Source: Azolla caroliniana
Lineage: Eukaryota > Plantae > Polypodiophyta
Length of the DNA: 64,000 nt
Reading direction: 5' to 3'
Assembly (NCBI GenBank): GCA_043228905.1
Contig: JBHGNT010000008.1
Location: 21,762,001 to 21,826,000, forward strand
The stretch's first letter is position 1. Each line of letters begins with the position of its first letter. The position numbers were made by a program, and so were the translations under genes. A model generated the notes under the pieces. The model made no database searches. It was not told the origin of the DNA and was given only the letters and a program-made list of their open reading frames with translations. Of the stretch, positions 36,797 through 50,897 are shown piece after piece.

Positions 36797-39700
36797 CACA
36801 CATTACATGTGCACATTAACCATCACCCCTTTCATACATGTGCATATTGCACCTCCTCGATTTTCCTCGTTCCATGTGATTTTCACACCGTTGCCGAAAA
36901 TCTTCACAACATCCACCCCCACCAAACTGCATGTCCTCTGGTACGTGCTAAGAAGAGAATGTGAGATTTCGGCCACAGTGTGAGATTCCTCCATGTCCTC
37001 GTTGACCTCGCTCATGTTTGTGGGTTACGCCTTACTATCTTCATTGTTGAGATCATCGAGTTCGGGAACCCTCACCTTGTTTTTTCTTGAAGGTCTTTTA
37101 CTCTTTTCCCCGTAATGGGTTTGGCCAACCTTGATCCGTCTAGCTCCACATATGATCCGAACCACCTTCTTGTTGTAGACCAATACCCAACCTTCTTCTT
37201 TGATCTTCTTGGGGTGTTGTCGATATGTCTTGTCGAAATGAATCTAAAAACCGGGTGCTTCTTCTAATTAGCCAATCTTTTTCTTTGAGATGGGCAATGG
37301 AAATGTTGGCAATACAACCTCCTCTATTTAATTGAACATCCCACCATCTTGATGCATCTTTCCCTTCCTTCCCTTGGGTAGTCCTTATAATCACTTCTTT
37401 CCTTTCTTCTTTATAAGTAATAACCATCCATTTTAACATCATATCATCTTCTTTGATACCAATCTCAATGTTAATTATACTTACATCATCATTATAATCA
37501 TCCTTGGAGTTAACTACATCTTTAATCATCAAATCATTTATCACGAGATAACCGTCATATTCAATATCATTTACCCTAAACTCATCCTTCTTAAACATAC
37601 TCACAACACCAACATCATCATTAAACACATCCCAAACCATCATTGCATTTTCTAGATTTTCCTTACTTATACCCTTGTGATCATTATGTAACCCCACATT
37701 ATCATGGACATATTTTTGTAGAACATCCTCATCATCGCAAAACCCTATTCCATTTTCATAATGGATGTCCTCATGAATGTCACCATTTGATTTAGTGCAA
37801 AATCTATCACGAAGAAAACCAACGCAACCTAAAACACAAAAATCATTTTCGTCACTCTCACCCTCATCATTACCCTTAGCATAACCATATCCACAAAAAC
37901 TGCATAACCCTCATTCTTCTCATGGCACTCACTCTCACCATCAATAATACACTCTCCCTTACTATCCTCAAGCCCTAAATCATGCGTATCATTATTATCA
38001 TCACCATCATTATGTTTAAATGTAAAGTTTTCGTCTCTTCCTAACTTCTTCTCTTGTTCATGGCTCTCATTAAACCTATCATACTTGTCATCAAAATTTA
38101 GACCATGAGATTCTTGATCCCAACTACTCTCACCATCACGACTTTCATCGAGTGCTTTTTCATTAGCACAACTATGAAGAGCTCGACCTTGATTTATCCT
38201 CTTGTGTTTACAATAATCTTTGACACGATCATAACCTTGTAGATCTCGAGCACTCTTTGTGAGTTTGTAATGATCTTTGTCTTTGTCATGACCATGTAGA
38301 TCTTGATCTGTCTCCTCAAGCCCACGTTCTTTGTCAAATGTCTTTTCACAATTGCATTCTTGAGTATCTTTGTCATTCCCCTCGAACCGATGTTCTCCAT
38401 TGCTTGTGTCTTTATGATCGCATCCTTCTCGATCTTCCCTCATGAGCCCATGTTCTTCATCACATGTCTCTTCACGATCACATCCTTCTTCAGTGCATCT
38501 CTCTCTTCTCTTGATTGCGCAATGATCTTTATGATGACAACCATAACCTCTCCCTTCAAGATCGCGTTCTTCGCCACATGTTTCTCCTTTGTCGAGTTTG
38601 CAACAATCCTCGTAATGACCATAGGCATGTTGATCTAGATATCTCTCTTCAAAGCCTTGTTCTTAGTCACATGTCTCTTCACGACCGCAGCTATGCCGAT
38701 CTAGATCATCTTCATCATCATCACCGTTGAGTAAACCATGAAAAGGTTGAGGCTCAAATCTTGACGTCAGAACCGCTTTGTACCAATCCGGAATTTTTGG
38801 ATATAGTCTTTCGACTTGCCTTGCCAACTTGAGATACTCCACTGCTCTATCCTTATCATCATGAAACATCATTTCGACGGCCTTCCTTAAAAATGGAAGC
38901 ATCATGAGCCTCGGACCACCTTCTATTCTTATCGACTCCTCTAAGTCGTGTGCATCCAAGATCACATCCATCATTCGTGATGCGCCCATTACCACCTTGT
39001 TTTTTTCAAGTCGGGTTCACCAAATAGATGTCGTGTGGCGCGTGACACACGTGCCAAACGTCGGGATGTGCACGTCACAAGTGCGGACAAGCACCGGGCC
39101 TTTATCCGCTAGTGGTTATGGAGGATTGATGATGGGATTTTGGCACCTACAGGTCGGTTGAACGGGACGACCGAGGTCTTTGACTGGCAAGAACGAATCG
39201 GGTGAGTTGTGTTTATCGTTTGGTCGTCCTTTGTTGTCGAAGAAGCACCCGAACCAGACTCAACGGCGCGATGGATTGACGTATAGGCAACTGAAGTGAC
39301 GCATTAATGTGGTTGAGAGTGAGAGAGAGAGAGAAACGAAAATTGAGGAAGTGTTTAAGATAGATAGATAGATAGAGTTGAATTCTAATTTCGGGTTTGA
39401 ACCCTTGACTTCAATTTCGAGAGACAAGACACATCACCAATAAGATTAACTAGGTTTTTTATTATAATTGTTAATTTTTTATTTGATACATAACTTTCTT
39501 AATCGATAGATCGATCCCTTTTTTCCCCTTCCTCTCCTTCTTATATAGATGCCCCCATACATATGTGCATGTGAGGGTGTAGTACATGCATACAATGCAT
39601 GAAATGCATGTGATGCATGATCGCCATTTGACGCTCATGCATCACATGTGATGCATGATGACTATGTACCTTATCTAAGCTCTCATGTACGAGCAGTTTC

Positions 39701-41739
39701 GTGTGAAATGTACAATGAAGAAAAATAACTTTCAAATGAAACAACCTAGTCTAATGGTATGTCTATTGCCTCCTATCTTGGAGGTGTAAGGTTCAAAACC
39801 CTTACTTACACCTCATTGTATGTGTTAGGCTTATTATATATGTGTGTGTGTGTAGTACACACATTACATGTGCACATTAACCATCACCCCTTTCATACAT
39901 GTGCATATTGCACCTTCTCGATTTTCCTCGTTCCACGTGATTTTCACACCGTTGCCGAAAATCTTCATGACACCGTTCAACAATAAAGAATCTAGATGTA
40001 AGGGTTTGATTGGGCGCCATGTCGTTAGGTGAAGGGAGATATATTTTTCAAAGAAATGTGATATTATGCCCACTACTAGAAGATTACATTTGTCAGATAA
40101 CTTCACTCGTCATGAGGTATACCAAGCGTATAAGGATGACATGTTATTAGAAAGTGTACCTTACATACAATATCGGCATTTTAATCGATTATGGAGATTG
40201 AAGTTTAACAATGTGGTCATACCGTGTAAGGTCTGAATGGGTGTTTGTTCTGTATCTGTACGTTTAAAAAGCATGGTGAAGAGTGGAAGAATGGATGATG
40301 AAATAAAGAGTTATAAGAATTTATTAAAAGAACATCGACAAAGTCAAGCATTTGAAAAATCTAAAGTTAATCACCATCAACAAAAAGCGTTTCAATCACC
40401 AAAAAGGTACATGTGCTTGATTATAGATGGCATGGATCAGAAGAATACTTGTTTCCCACACTTTCGAAGGTTGCCGAAGGATATTGGAGATGAATGCCTT
40501 GTGCAAATGCACTTAGTAGGCTATTTGTTGTATTATCGAACAATAAGGCATCAAGTGTTCCTAACGTATCCTAATATTCACAACGACCCTAATCTTATAG
40601 TCACAATAATGCAAAGAGTTTTACAGTATTGGCAAGGTATTCTCCCGCCAGTACTATACATGCAACTAGACAACATGGCCAAAGAAAACAAAAACTCAAC
40701 TATGTTCGGTTATTTAAGCATGCTAGTAGAGAGGCTTATATTTAAAAAGATTAAGGTAAACTTCTTACAAGTTGGTCATACGCATGATCATATAGATCAA
40801 ATGTTTAGTAGGTTCTCAAAGAAATTAGTGAGATGTGATGCTTTCACGCTTCCTATGCTGTCAAAGTTGATCATTGAAGCTTATACCCCAAAGCCAGAAG
40901 TATAACTTTGGATGAAGTTTATGATTTTAAATGCTTCTGCATGGATGGTGATGGGACTCTATGTAGGGTTCTTGAACCGCTTAACAATATATTAAGTTTT
41001 AACCACATCTTCCTCATAAAAAGAAGTTCTATCAGCCATAACCAGATAATGTATGCAAAACAATACTCATCTAGTTCACAATGGGAGCCACAAGAGGGAT
41101 GTAGGCTCTTATTGCATTTTCCCGATGCGGTAATCCATGGTGCAGAACAAATGCCATATGACGACCATAAAAGATTGGCTATTGGTAGTTTGATTGAAGA
41201 GTAAAAGATATATTGGATGTGGTGCCTTGAAGAAAAACGAAAAAATATTGAGTGTAGCAAAAAGTACGCAGGTGATCAAGAGGTTGAATGGTGGGGTAAC
41301 TTCTTTAACCATCAGCATATGATTTTAGTTAACCACTTTGTCCGTTACTAGCCACTCCAAAATCAATTCAAATGGAATATTGGTGGCCCATTAATTGTGA
41401 GTACGACTCATTTTCAATCACTAGATAATCCTGAATTGAATAATCTAGTTCGTCCACGACAAAGAGATATTTAAGTGGGACCAAGAATATTGCATGTTGT
41501 AGAGGTGAGATTGCAAGGCAATGTGCATGACCTACAAGATCCCAAATGTGCCTCTTGATGCAGCACAAAGACGAACAAGGAGTATGTCTCATAATCATAG
41601 TGACGTTGGATTACAATTAGATAACAATGTGTTGGTTCCTAGTGACGATGAGGATGAGACCTCACAAAGGTCTTCTAGTTCATCGGATGTGTCTAAAGGG
41701 GAAGGCTTAACTTTGGGAAGTGATAGTTTTGATCTATGA
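35314..41739 (+). pseudogene. DDD-type transposase (Sola-like), interrupted by the LTR element at 35954-39972; decayed
   Basis: N-terminal Cys cluster (PCCGNLCL). The frame continues across the insertion (KGSWVP|FNNKES..CDIMP). Core motifs LIIDGMDQ, QLDNMAKENKN and FLQVGHTHDHIDQMFS lie in 40237-40905. Confidence 0.85.
35954..39972 (-). mobile_element. Non-autonomous LTR retroelement (LTRs 35954-36911 and 39029-39972), tRNA-Trp primed
   Basis: Highly similar ~950-bp direct repeats with TGTCGTG...CA termini. PBS caagtcgggttcacca at 39007-39022, PPT-like tccaccccc from 36912 and TSD CCAT/CCGT. The 2.1-kb interior has no RT or integrase motifs. Confidence 0.9.
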
Positions 41740-42782
41740 ATTGTAAATATTGTATTTTACATCAAGATGGTGATTCACGAATATATATAAATATAGGTGG
41801 TAGTCCTTTTGTAAATTTTGTACATTCTTTTGTATGTTTTGCATGACGATTATTTAGGCATTTTTGGAAAGCCCTAAATTTGTGACATGGTATAAATTAA
41901 TATATTTTGATTCAGTTTTCGAAAACCTTTACACATGCAATATCCCTTTTTGTGAAACAACCTAATTTGTGCCCTTTTTTGATGGATAGTTCTTAAAATG
42001 TGACATATTACATATTTCAAATGACCTGGTGTTTCAGGTATTACTCCCCAATTCCTTACAAACTTTTGGGTTATCTTATGGGCAAGAAAATAGACACACC
42101 AAATCTTGCATGTACAATGGTTACTTGTACACCGAGCCTTCCTAGTTGGCACATGGTTGCATAGGATGGGAGTATCTTCTGGTTGTGCTCAATGCCATTT
42201 ACAAACGGAAACTCAAAAACATTTTTTATGGGAATGCATTGAGTCTCAACCGATATGGCAACGTCTCCTTAGAATTTTTGCTAACTATTTTCCCTCATTG
42301 GTTTTCACTTGGGGCATGGTGATTTGGACATCACTTGTCTGTGATGCATTCCATTATGACACTGAATCTATGGACCATGGATTTTACACTAAATTTGGAA
42401 GTGTTCATACATTACATTGGTGTCATTACAGTTTTCAGGAATACAGAAAGAAGTTCAATTAGTATGGCAGATATTAAGTAGTACCACTATATATAACATC
42501 TGGAAGGCTCTGTGCTCTCTCATTTTCCATCAACTTAAAACATCACCAATTGAATTGGTTTCAAATATTTGATTAGACATAGTGCATACTTTGAAGGGTC
42601 AATGGGATGGTATAGTTGGAGATTCTGATGCTAAAATTGCACAACGGCATGAGTTTCTTATCATCTGGAGAGCTACTCCATTCATGATTGTTAACCAGTG
42701 GGACAAGTGGGACACTGTGTGAATGAGCAAAGGGAGTTGAGCACTAATAGTCGAACAAAGAGAATAGAATATTAAGGGGGAA

Positions 42783-43626
42783 TGATTGTAAAGAGTAGAG
42801 CATAGAGGGCCATATATATATACCGAGTATTAATGGGTGTTGAGAGAAAAGCTCAACATGAGCCGAATCGGCTGAAGAAGCCAAGAGCCAAATCGGTTAG
42901 AGACCGATTGGCTAGGCCCAAATTGGTTGAATAAGCCGAAAGCTGAAAGCCGAATCGGTTGGTAAACTGAATCAACTAGCCGTTAAGGGTCTATATTCCT
43001 ATTTGTTGAGTTATCAAGCTCAACTAGATTTAGTTAGTTAGTCAACATACGTAACTTAGTAGTTACCTAGATAGAATCTAGTTAGTGTGTTGACCTTAAA
43101 GCCTTAAATAGGATTTTGTACTTGAGTGGGATACATCGTAGATCCTCCACTCCCATGTTCATTTAATATAGGACTTACACGTTTGTACCTATATTCTACT
43201 CACACATGTGCACCTTTGCCCATGAGATGTATATATACCTCATTGTGGGTATTTTTGTATTTGATGATGCATTTTAATATACACTCTCGTTAATCATCCC
43301 CCATTTATATTATTGTTCATAAGTGTAACTGCCTCTCTCTCTCTCTCTTCCTCTCAGACACATACACACACATATTACCTAATCTTCCGTTGCTTAACTT
43401 AATCACATAATTAGGTACTAATTAACCCTTGCTTAATTACCTAATTATTAACACTATTTTAGTAATAGGAATATTATAGGTTGTTAGTATCAGGGTCATT
43501 GATGAGCATTAAAGTACTGATATTACTTGTGTCAGCCCACTTGTCAGGGCGTGTATAAAAAAAATGCTCACTGAGCACATTGATGTACAAAGTGTTCATT
43601 ATTTGAATCAAAGTTAAATGTTGTCT

Positions 43627-43712
<86 letters not shown>

Positions 43713-43714
43713 AC
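42783..43714 (+). mobile_element. Copia-type LTR-like segment preceded by a PPT, with a (CT)n microsatellite at ~43628-43709
   Basis: TAAGGGGGAA followed by TG at 42783. 43500-43620 is the inverted homolog of the LTR cores at 3160-3270 and 7340-7460. Confidence 0.55.
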
Positions 43715-44034
43715 ATTCTCTTTGTTTACGTAACTGTCGAGTTTCTGAATAACCGACTGTGTACTCTATGTCTTTCGTTTATGCTTCCACACGCATATTC
43801 CTTTTCAAGGGGGAACGGGGGAGGAATAGAAGGATTTAAAGTGAGTATTTTACCGAGATTAATCGGTACTTGTATCGATGGGTGTGTGCACTTTAATGGA
43901 ATATACTTCTTGTGGGCAACTCGAGTGTTCTTTCTGTTAAGTCTTGTATATAAGTATTGTCTGTGTAGGAGTCTTATTTCGAGGATTAGTTGTAGACAAT
44001 CCCGCAAAATCTCTTCCCTTGTTCTATCAGTCAT

Positions 44035-44825
44035 ATCCCATCTAAGTGCGAAGGTCTAAATAATGGTTTGTATGTGACACAAGTACAGAGAAGTTTGTAT
44101 ACCACACAACAATTCAGAGAACAGCTTCGGCAGGATGTTGGGACCCCAACTCTTCTTCGCACCACAATACCTTGATCCGATTACTCAAGAGGAGTAACCG
44201 ATGGTGTTTCCTCCAAGAGGGAGTAACACAATTTGGCACACACGGTTTGAGTTGTGAGTACAACGCGCACACACGTAGGAGAAAGACCTAGTCGCCCTAA
44301 CAACGTGCCCCAAGGGAATACACACTTGGACAACGTCTCGACGTGCTGAACAGGAGGAGGGCAAAATCGACTCAACTCTCACAGAGCAACCTCTCTCAAA
44401 ATTGGATGCCCAGTCAGCAAATCTCCTCGATCCAATCTCGACAAGTGGCAGTAGCTCCGAGGTTGACCATCCCAACAACAACAACCCACTTTCGGCAATA
44501 CGGGAAGATTCGGACATCGACACCATGCATCCCATCTGAGTGGGAAGGTTTAAATAACAGTTTGTATGTGACACGAGTACAGGTAAGTTTGTATACCACG
44601 CAACAATTCAGAGAACAACTTCGGCAAGGTATCGGGACGCCAACTCTTCTTCGCACCACAATACCTTGATCCGATTACTCAAGAGGAGTAACCAACAGTG
44701 TTTCCTCCAGGACGGAGTAAGACAATTTGGCACGCCCGGTTCGAGCTGTGAGTACACAACGAACACGCGTAAGAGAAAGATTGGGTCTTCGTAACAACCC
44801 GAAGGGAATACGTGTTGGGAACGTC
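44035..44825. repeat. Two diverged ~300-bp direct repeats (~44035-44335 and ~44530-44825)
   Basis: Shared blocks such as aagtttgtataccac..caacaattcagagaaca and ccaactcttcttcgcaccacaataccttgatccgattactcaagaggagtaacc. Confidence 0.85.
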
Positions 44826-47800
44826 GTCTTCTAATGCGGAATAAGATCAACAATCTTCTAGGATAAGATCGTAAATGGATGCAATATCATAGCTTTGATG
44901 CCAACAAAGACAGAAGAGTAACAACAACTAGTATGCAAGAGAGAGAGTCAGAGTCAGGAAGGCACTGTGTCAATGAAGTTTATTACAACTTTTTAGCAAA
45001 TGAGCAACCAACCAGTAACTAAGTTACAAAGTCAGTTTATATATTGACTAACTTAGGGCAACTACCCTTCTCACTATTTACATAAATAGCCTAAGTCTAG
45101 TGTGTTCAAAAGGAGACAATGTGAATACGTCCATTAGAAACCCGTATTCAACACTCCCCCGTAATAGGCATATACATCCGAAATCTGTAATCGAAATGAG
45201 TATATAATATAGACTGATACAAAGCTCTGAACAGTTGAAGTCTGGTGTCCAAAGAGCATCCTTAGTGTCCGATTTAATCGAACTAATTCTTCATTACGCC
45301 CATATGCTGCATAAGGGATCGAAATCGATCCACCGAAAGACACTTGGTTAATGCATCCGCGACATTATCGGTTGTTGATATTATCTCTAGACCGATTTTC
45401 CTTGTAATGACGCAGTCCAGAACAAAATGATATCGAACGTCGATATGCTTGGAGGCATTGTGATGAACCGAATTTTTCGACAGAGCAACAACACCCTGAT
45501 TGTCACTGTAAACAATTGGAACCGAGCTGATTTCGGCTTGTTGAAATGTGCAGGCCAACCGACCGAGCCATAAGGCCTCTTTTGCCGCATCGGACGTGGC
45601 TATGTATTCAGCCTTGGTCGTTGATGTGGCGGTGCACTCCTGACGTTTCGATTTCCATGAGATCGCTCCATTATTGAGTTTAAAACAATATTCGGTTGTC
45701 GATTTACGGCTGTCTATGCAACCTGCAAAGTCCGAGTCGGTGTATCCGACTATGCCTGAGATGTTGTTCAGGCCGAATAAAATACCAAGGTCTTTTGTGC
45801 CCACCAGATATCTAAACACATGCTTGACTGCGTTCCAGTGCAATCGGTCGGGATTATGCATAAATCTGCTGACGACTCCAACGGTGTGAGCGATATTAGG
45901 CCGTGTCGAGACCATTGCGTACATTAGGGAGCCAACTGCCGGTGCATATGGTACTGACTTCATAATTTCCCCCTCCCGACCAGATGTCGAGCAGTTTTGC
46001 CAAGATAGTCGAGTACTAATAGGGAGCCGGGTAGAGGCAGATTTTGTCGATTGCATGTTGAAGCGTTCTAGGACATGTCCAATGTAGTTGGATTGGGACA
46101 GAAACATTTGTCGTTGATTACGATTCTGACTTATCTTCATACCAAGAATGTGTCGTGCCAGACCGAGATCCTTCATGGCAAACTTAAACCACAGTTGTCG
46201 AACGAGTTCGGTGAGTTCGCCTGCATGGCGTCCAAAGATTAGCATGTCGTCCACGTAGATGATGAGGAAGATGGGTGATCCATCTCGAGTTGTCTTCGTG
46301 AACAGACAATGGTTCTCATCACTCTTTGAGAAGCCGATCGATTGGATGAATTCGTCGACCTTCTTGTACCACTATCACGGTGTCTGTTTCAGGTCGTAAA
46401 GACTCTTCTTGATTCAGCAGACTAGATGTTCTTGGCCAAATACCACGAAACCTTTTGGCTGCTCTATAAATTTCCTCCTCAAGATCACCATGGAGGAAAG
46501 CCATTTTGACATCTAGCTGAATCAGCTCCAAATTTTCGGTTGCCACTACGCCGAGCATGAATCGAAGTGTTGTCATCTTCACCACTAGCGAAAAGATTTC
46601 GTCGAAATCGACACCGTGTTCCTGTCGAAAACCCTTTGCTACTAATTTGGCTTTGAATTTTGGGTTTGCCAAATCGGACGTCTCCTTAATTCAATAGACC
46701 CACTTGCACGGAAGAGCACGTCGATTTTTCGATAATTCAACCAGGTCCCAAGTCTTGTTTGCATGAATGGAGTTCATTTCGGACTCCATTGCCAGATGCC
46801 AGGTGGCCGAATCGGTTGATGCCAATGCTTCTTCGTATGACGTCAGTTCTTTGGCATCCGTAAAGAAGATGCCAGGAGAGTATCTCTCCAAGGGTTGCAA
46901 CAGTCTCTCGGATCTACGAGGTATGACTGGACTAGTCACATCGGGTGTCGTGGTCGGATGGTCCAAAGCCGAATCGTTCGGCTGTGCCGAGTCGAAATTC
47001 TTTGAGTCGGTGTTAGAAGGTTCAGCTACCCATGAAGTTGATCGTGTGTTGTGCGTTGGGCCTTCGTGAAGGGTTGGCACATTGGAAAAAATTACCCTTC
47101 GGACTTCGATCGGCTTTTCGACCGATTGATGCATGGCCGACTCATTGAACACGACGTCCGAACTTCGGACAATCTATCTGTGTTCGGGGTCCCAGAGTCG
47201 GTATCCCATTTCACCATCTGTTCCATAATCAAGGAAAATACATTTCCTGGACCGTGGTGCAAGTTCGCGGCGATCATCTTTCAGGACAAGGGCATACGCC
47301 TCATATCCGAAAATCCTCAACTTGTCGTAATTCGGCTTACTATCGGTCCATAATTCCTGAGGTATTCGATGTTCTAGAGGCCTACTCAACGACATATTGA
47401 TTATGTGTACTGCCACAAGTAGGGTCTCTGCCCAGAAGCCATTCGACAGTCAGGAGTGTTGGAGCATGGAAACTATCCGTTCTTGAATTGTCTGATTCAT
47501 TCGCTCGGCAATTCCATTCTGCTCCGGACTATGAGGTGTCGTAAATTCACGTCGTATGCCGCGTTGTCAACAAAATTTTATGAATTCCTCTTATTTGAAC
47601 TCTCCCCCGTTATTGGACCGAAAGCTTTTCAGTTTTCGGCCGGACTAATTCTCAACCATGGAGAGCCAATCGGAAAAGATCGAGAAAACACGATCTTTGG
47701 CTTTGATCGGATAAGCCCACACCTTCTGAGTCGAGTCGTCAATGAAGCTGAAGAAATACAGAGTGCCACCGAGGGATTGATGTGGCATAGGACCACATAC

Positions 47801-49559
47801 ATCCGAGTGGACCAAATTGAGTGGACTCGATTCTCTCGAGGAAGATGAAGGTGTGTTACGGCTATCTACTTGCCGTATTGGCAATGCTCGCAAAACTGAT
47901 GATCTGAGAATGAGAGTTTGGGGATGTATCCGGCCTTGCTGAGGTGTCTGGTGTCGGCCTTGCCAGAGTGATGACACGGGAACGTCAACCAAAAACAGGT
48001 CACCCTCTCTTAGTGTGACGTGCAAAGGATACAATGAGTGTATCTTCGGTCCTGGAGCAAGCAGGAGGTTCCCCCTGTGGAGCGTCCACCCTCCTGATGA
48101 GAAGCTAGCACGGATGTCGTCTTCATGCAATTGTCCGACTGAGATCAGTGGTCTTAAGAGCTCAGGTACATGTCGGACATTGCATAGTACTAATGTAGAG
48201 CCACCCGCAAGGTTGAGCTCTACCGTGTTGATTCCAATTATGTCACAGTGTTGTGAATTTCCTATTCGAACTGAGTCGGAATGTCAGGCCGTGTATTGCC
48301 GAAATTGGGATTGATGAGGAGTCACATGAAAGGACGCACCCGAATCTAAGAGCCATGTGCTCGATTCTTCAGTCGTAAGCAGAACTTCTGATTTGACTAG
48401 GTTCTCAATTGATAATATATTTAGGTCATTTGTCAATACTTCGGCCGAAGAGCCGATGTAGTTGATCTCCTCATGTTGGCCACTCTTCTGCTCGGCTTGT
48501 TGAGCCTTATCGTTTTTGGCCTTGAGTGCACGGCAATCAGCTTTGATGTGTCCGGGTTTCTTGTAGTAGTTACTGACTCGATTATCCCGAGACTTGCTCA
48601 AACTTCGCTGATTATTCGGCTGCCGTGAAGAACTTCTTTCATAGTTGTTCAATCGGTCGGTCAAACCTTGTACTACGCAAGCGTTGTTGGCTAAATCGCT
48701 AGCAAACAATTTTCTCCGAGTTGCTTCAGTTAGAATTGCACTCGTGACTGAGGAGTACTTAACGGCATTTGTCGACGCATTGCACACGGTTGTAACGAAA
48801 GTTTCCCACGAGGGAGGGAGACTATTAATGAGCAGCATTGCTTTTAGTTCATCCTCGATAATTGTCCCCTAGGCCGAAATTTGGGAGCTTAAGCTTTCAT
48901 ACTCGTTCAAGTATGTCTAGACCGAGTCAGACTCTTTCATTCGAAGGTTATAAAGGCGCTGAATCAGGTATATCTTGGTGACGACAACCTTCTTTTCATA
49001 AGTGTCCGAAAGTGTCTTCCATAGTTGGAAGGCAGTCGAACACGATTGCGCTGTGAAGTACACAGACTCCGAGCTTTTCCCATTCAAGCAACTTGTATCC
49101 TTCTGGAGGGTCTTCATTCTCAATGGGGTCAATTTGCCCCTTGACTATTAGATAGTCTTGCATCTGCTCCTTCCAGAAGTTGAAGTTCGATCCGTCGAAC
49201 TTCCGTAGACTCATCTCTGACGAGCCGGATGTTGAAGCGCCATCTGAGTTGGTATAATAGACTTTGTCCGGAGTTAGCTATGAACTGTGGTGGAGTGCAG
49301 CAGCGGCGGCGAGGCGATGGCATCCCGGGGGCATCACTGTCAAAACTTGTATGATAGCACGTGAGTTCACCAAAAGGGGTTTTAATTAATAAGTGAGATA
49401 CAGAATATACATATATAAGGGTATTAATAAAGATTTGAATATATATTTACATAAGGGTATTATCAATTATGCTGGAATTTTTTTTTACATAAGCCCATTC
49501 AATATTAGATATTTTAATGAGATAGTAAAGAATATATTATGCAAACAATACTCAATTTT

Positions 49560-50864
49560 GAAGTCGCATATATACATACATACATATATATGCATGTATC
49601 CATATATACCTACATTCAAATATTATGTCCATGAATATGTATATACATACATTACACCAATTTATACATGCATGCTGACTAAACATAAATATATGTACAA
49701 ATATATATTACTATATGTAAATATGTACATATATGCATTACATACTACATACATATTAGAATCGGCCATATATATTGACATACATATATACATAATACAT
49801 ACATAAAAATTACATATTACATATATACATACACATCCTTACAAACATATTTTATATATTACATATTACACACCTATATTATTATACACACAATTATATA
49901 CAAATGCAAATATACAAACCAAACACACAAAAATAAATTACATATTATATATATACACATACATACACATATACACACATTCCATACATACAATACAATA
50001 CAATATATACATACACACACACACAAACATAACAAATGCATATCATAGACATGCATATATACCTACATTCATATATCACACATGCATATATACCTATATC
50101 CATGAATATGTATATGACTAAGCATAAATATATGTACAAATATATATTACCATATGTAAATATGTACATACACATACATACATGCATTACATATTGCATA
50201 CAGATTAGAATCAACCATATATATTAACATACATATACACATAATACATACTATAAAATTACATATTACATATATACATACACAAATGCATATATACATA
50301 CAAAACACACAAAAATAAATTATCTATTATATTATATATATATACATATACACATACATATTAATACCTAAGATTACATACTATATATATACAAATCTTC
50401 ATACTTACAAACAAGTTACATATATTACATATATATACACGTGCACACACACATAAATAAATTAGATATTACATAGTATATAATCCATACCTATTACACA
50501 ATATACAAATTTACACATACATATATACATATATAGATATATTACATATGTACATACATATTCCACATATAACCATATATATGTATAGATTATATTGAAC
50601 CATACAAACCACAATACTTACATATACACACACACACACATTAGATATGTATATGTATACTTACACATAAATAAATTAGATATTACATAGCATATAATCC
50701 ATACCTATTACACAATATACAAATTTACACATACATACATTACATATATACATATATATGTAGATACATACATAGATATATTACATATGTACATACATAT
50801 TCTACATATCACCATATATATAGATTATATTGGACCATACAAACCACAATACTTACATATATAC

Positions 50865-50897
<33 letters not shown>

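Larger units (their letters stand above)
31503..42033. mobile_element. TIR DNA transposon (Sola-like) carrying a transposase and a DNA amino-methyltransferase gene
   Basis: 37-bp imperfect TIRs at 31503-31539 and 41997-42033 (31/37 match). 4-bp TSD TAAG/TCAG. Removing the element restores the LINE reading frame. Confidence 0.8.
28253..42700 (+). mobile_element. Decayed L1-clade LINE ORF2, split by the DNA transposon at 31503-42033
   Basis: RT motifs ITLLNTAYKILAK, LDFEKAYDRVDW and QGCPL, plus IRNFLW...GGLGI. A C-terminal zinc-finger-like CAQC..ETQKHFLWEC lies in 42106-42462. The frame rejoins across the insertion as WNQ|SGITPQF. Confidence 0.85.
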
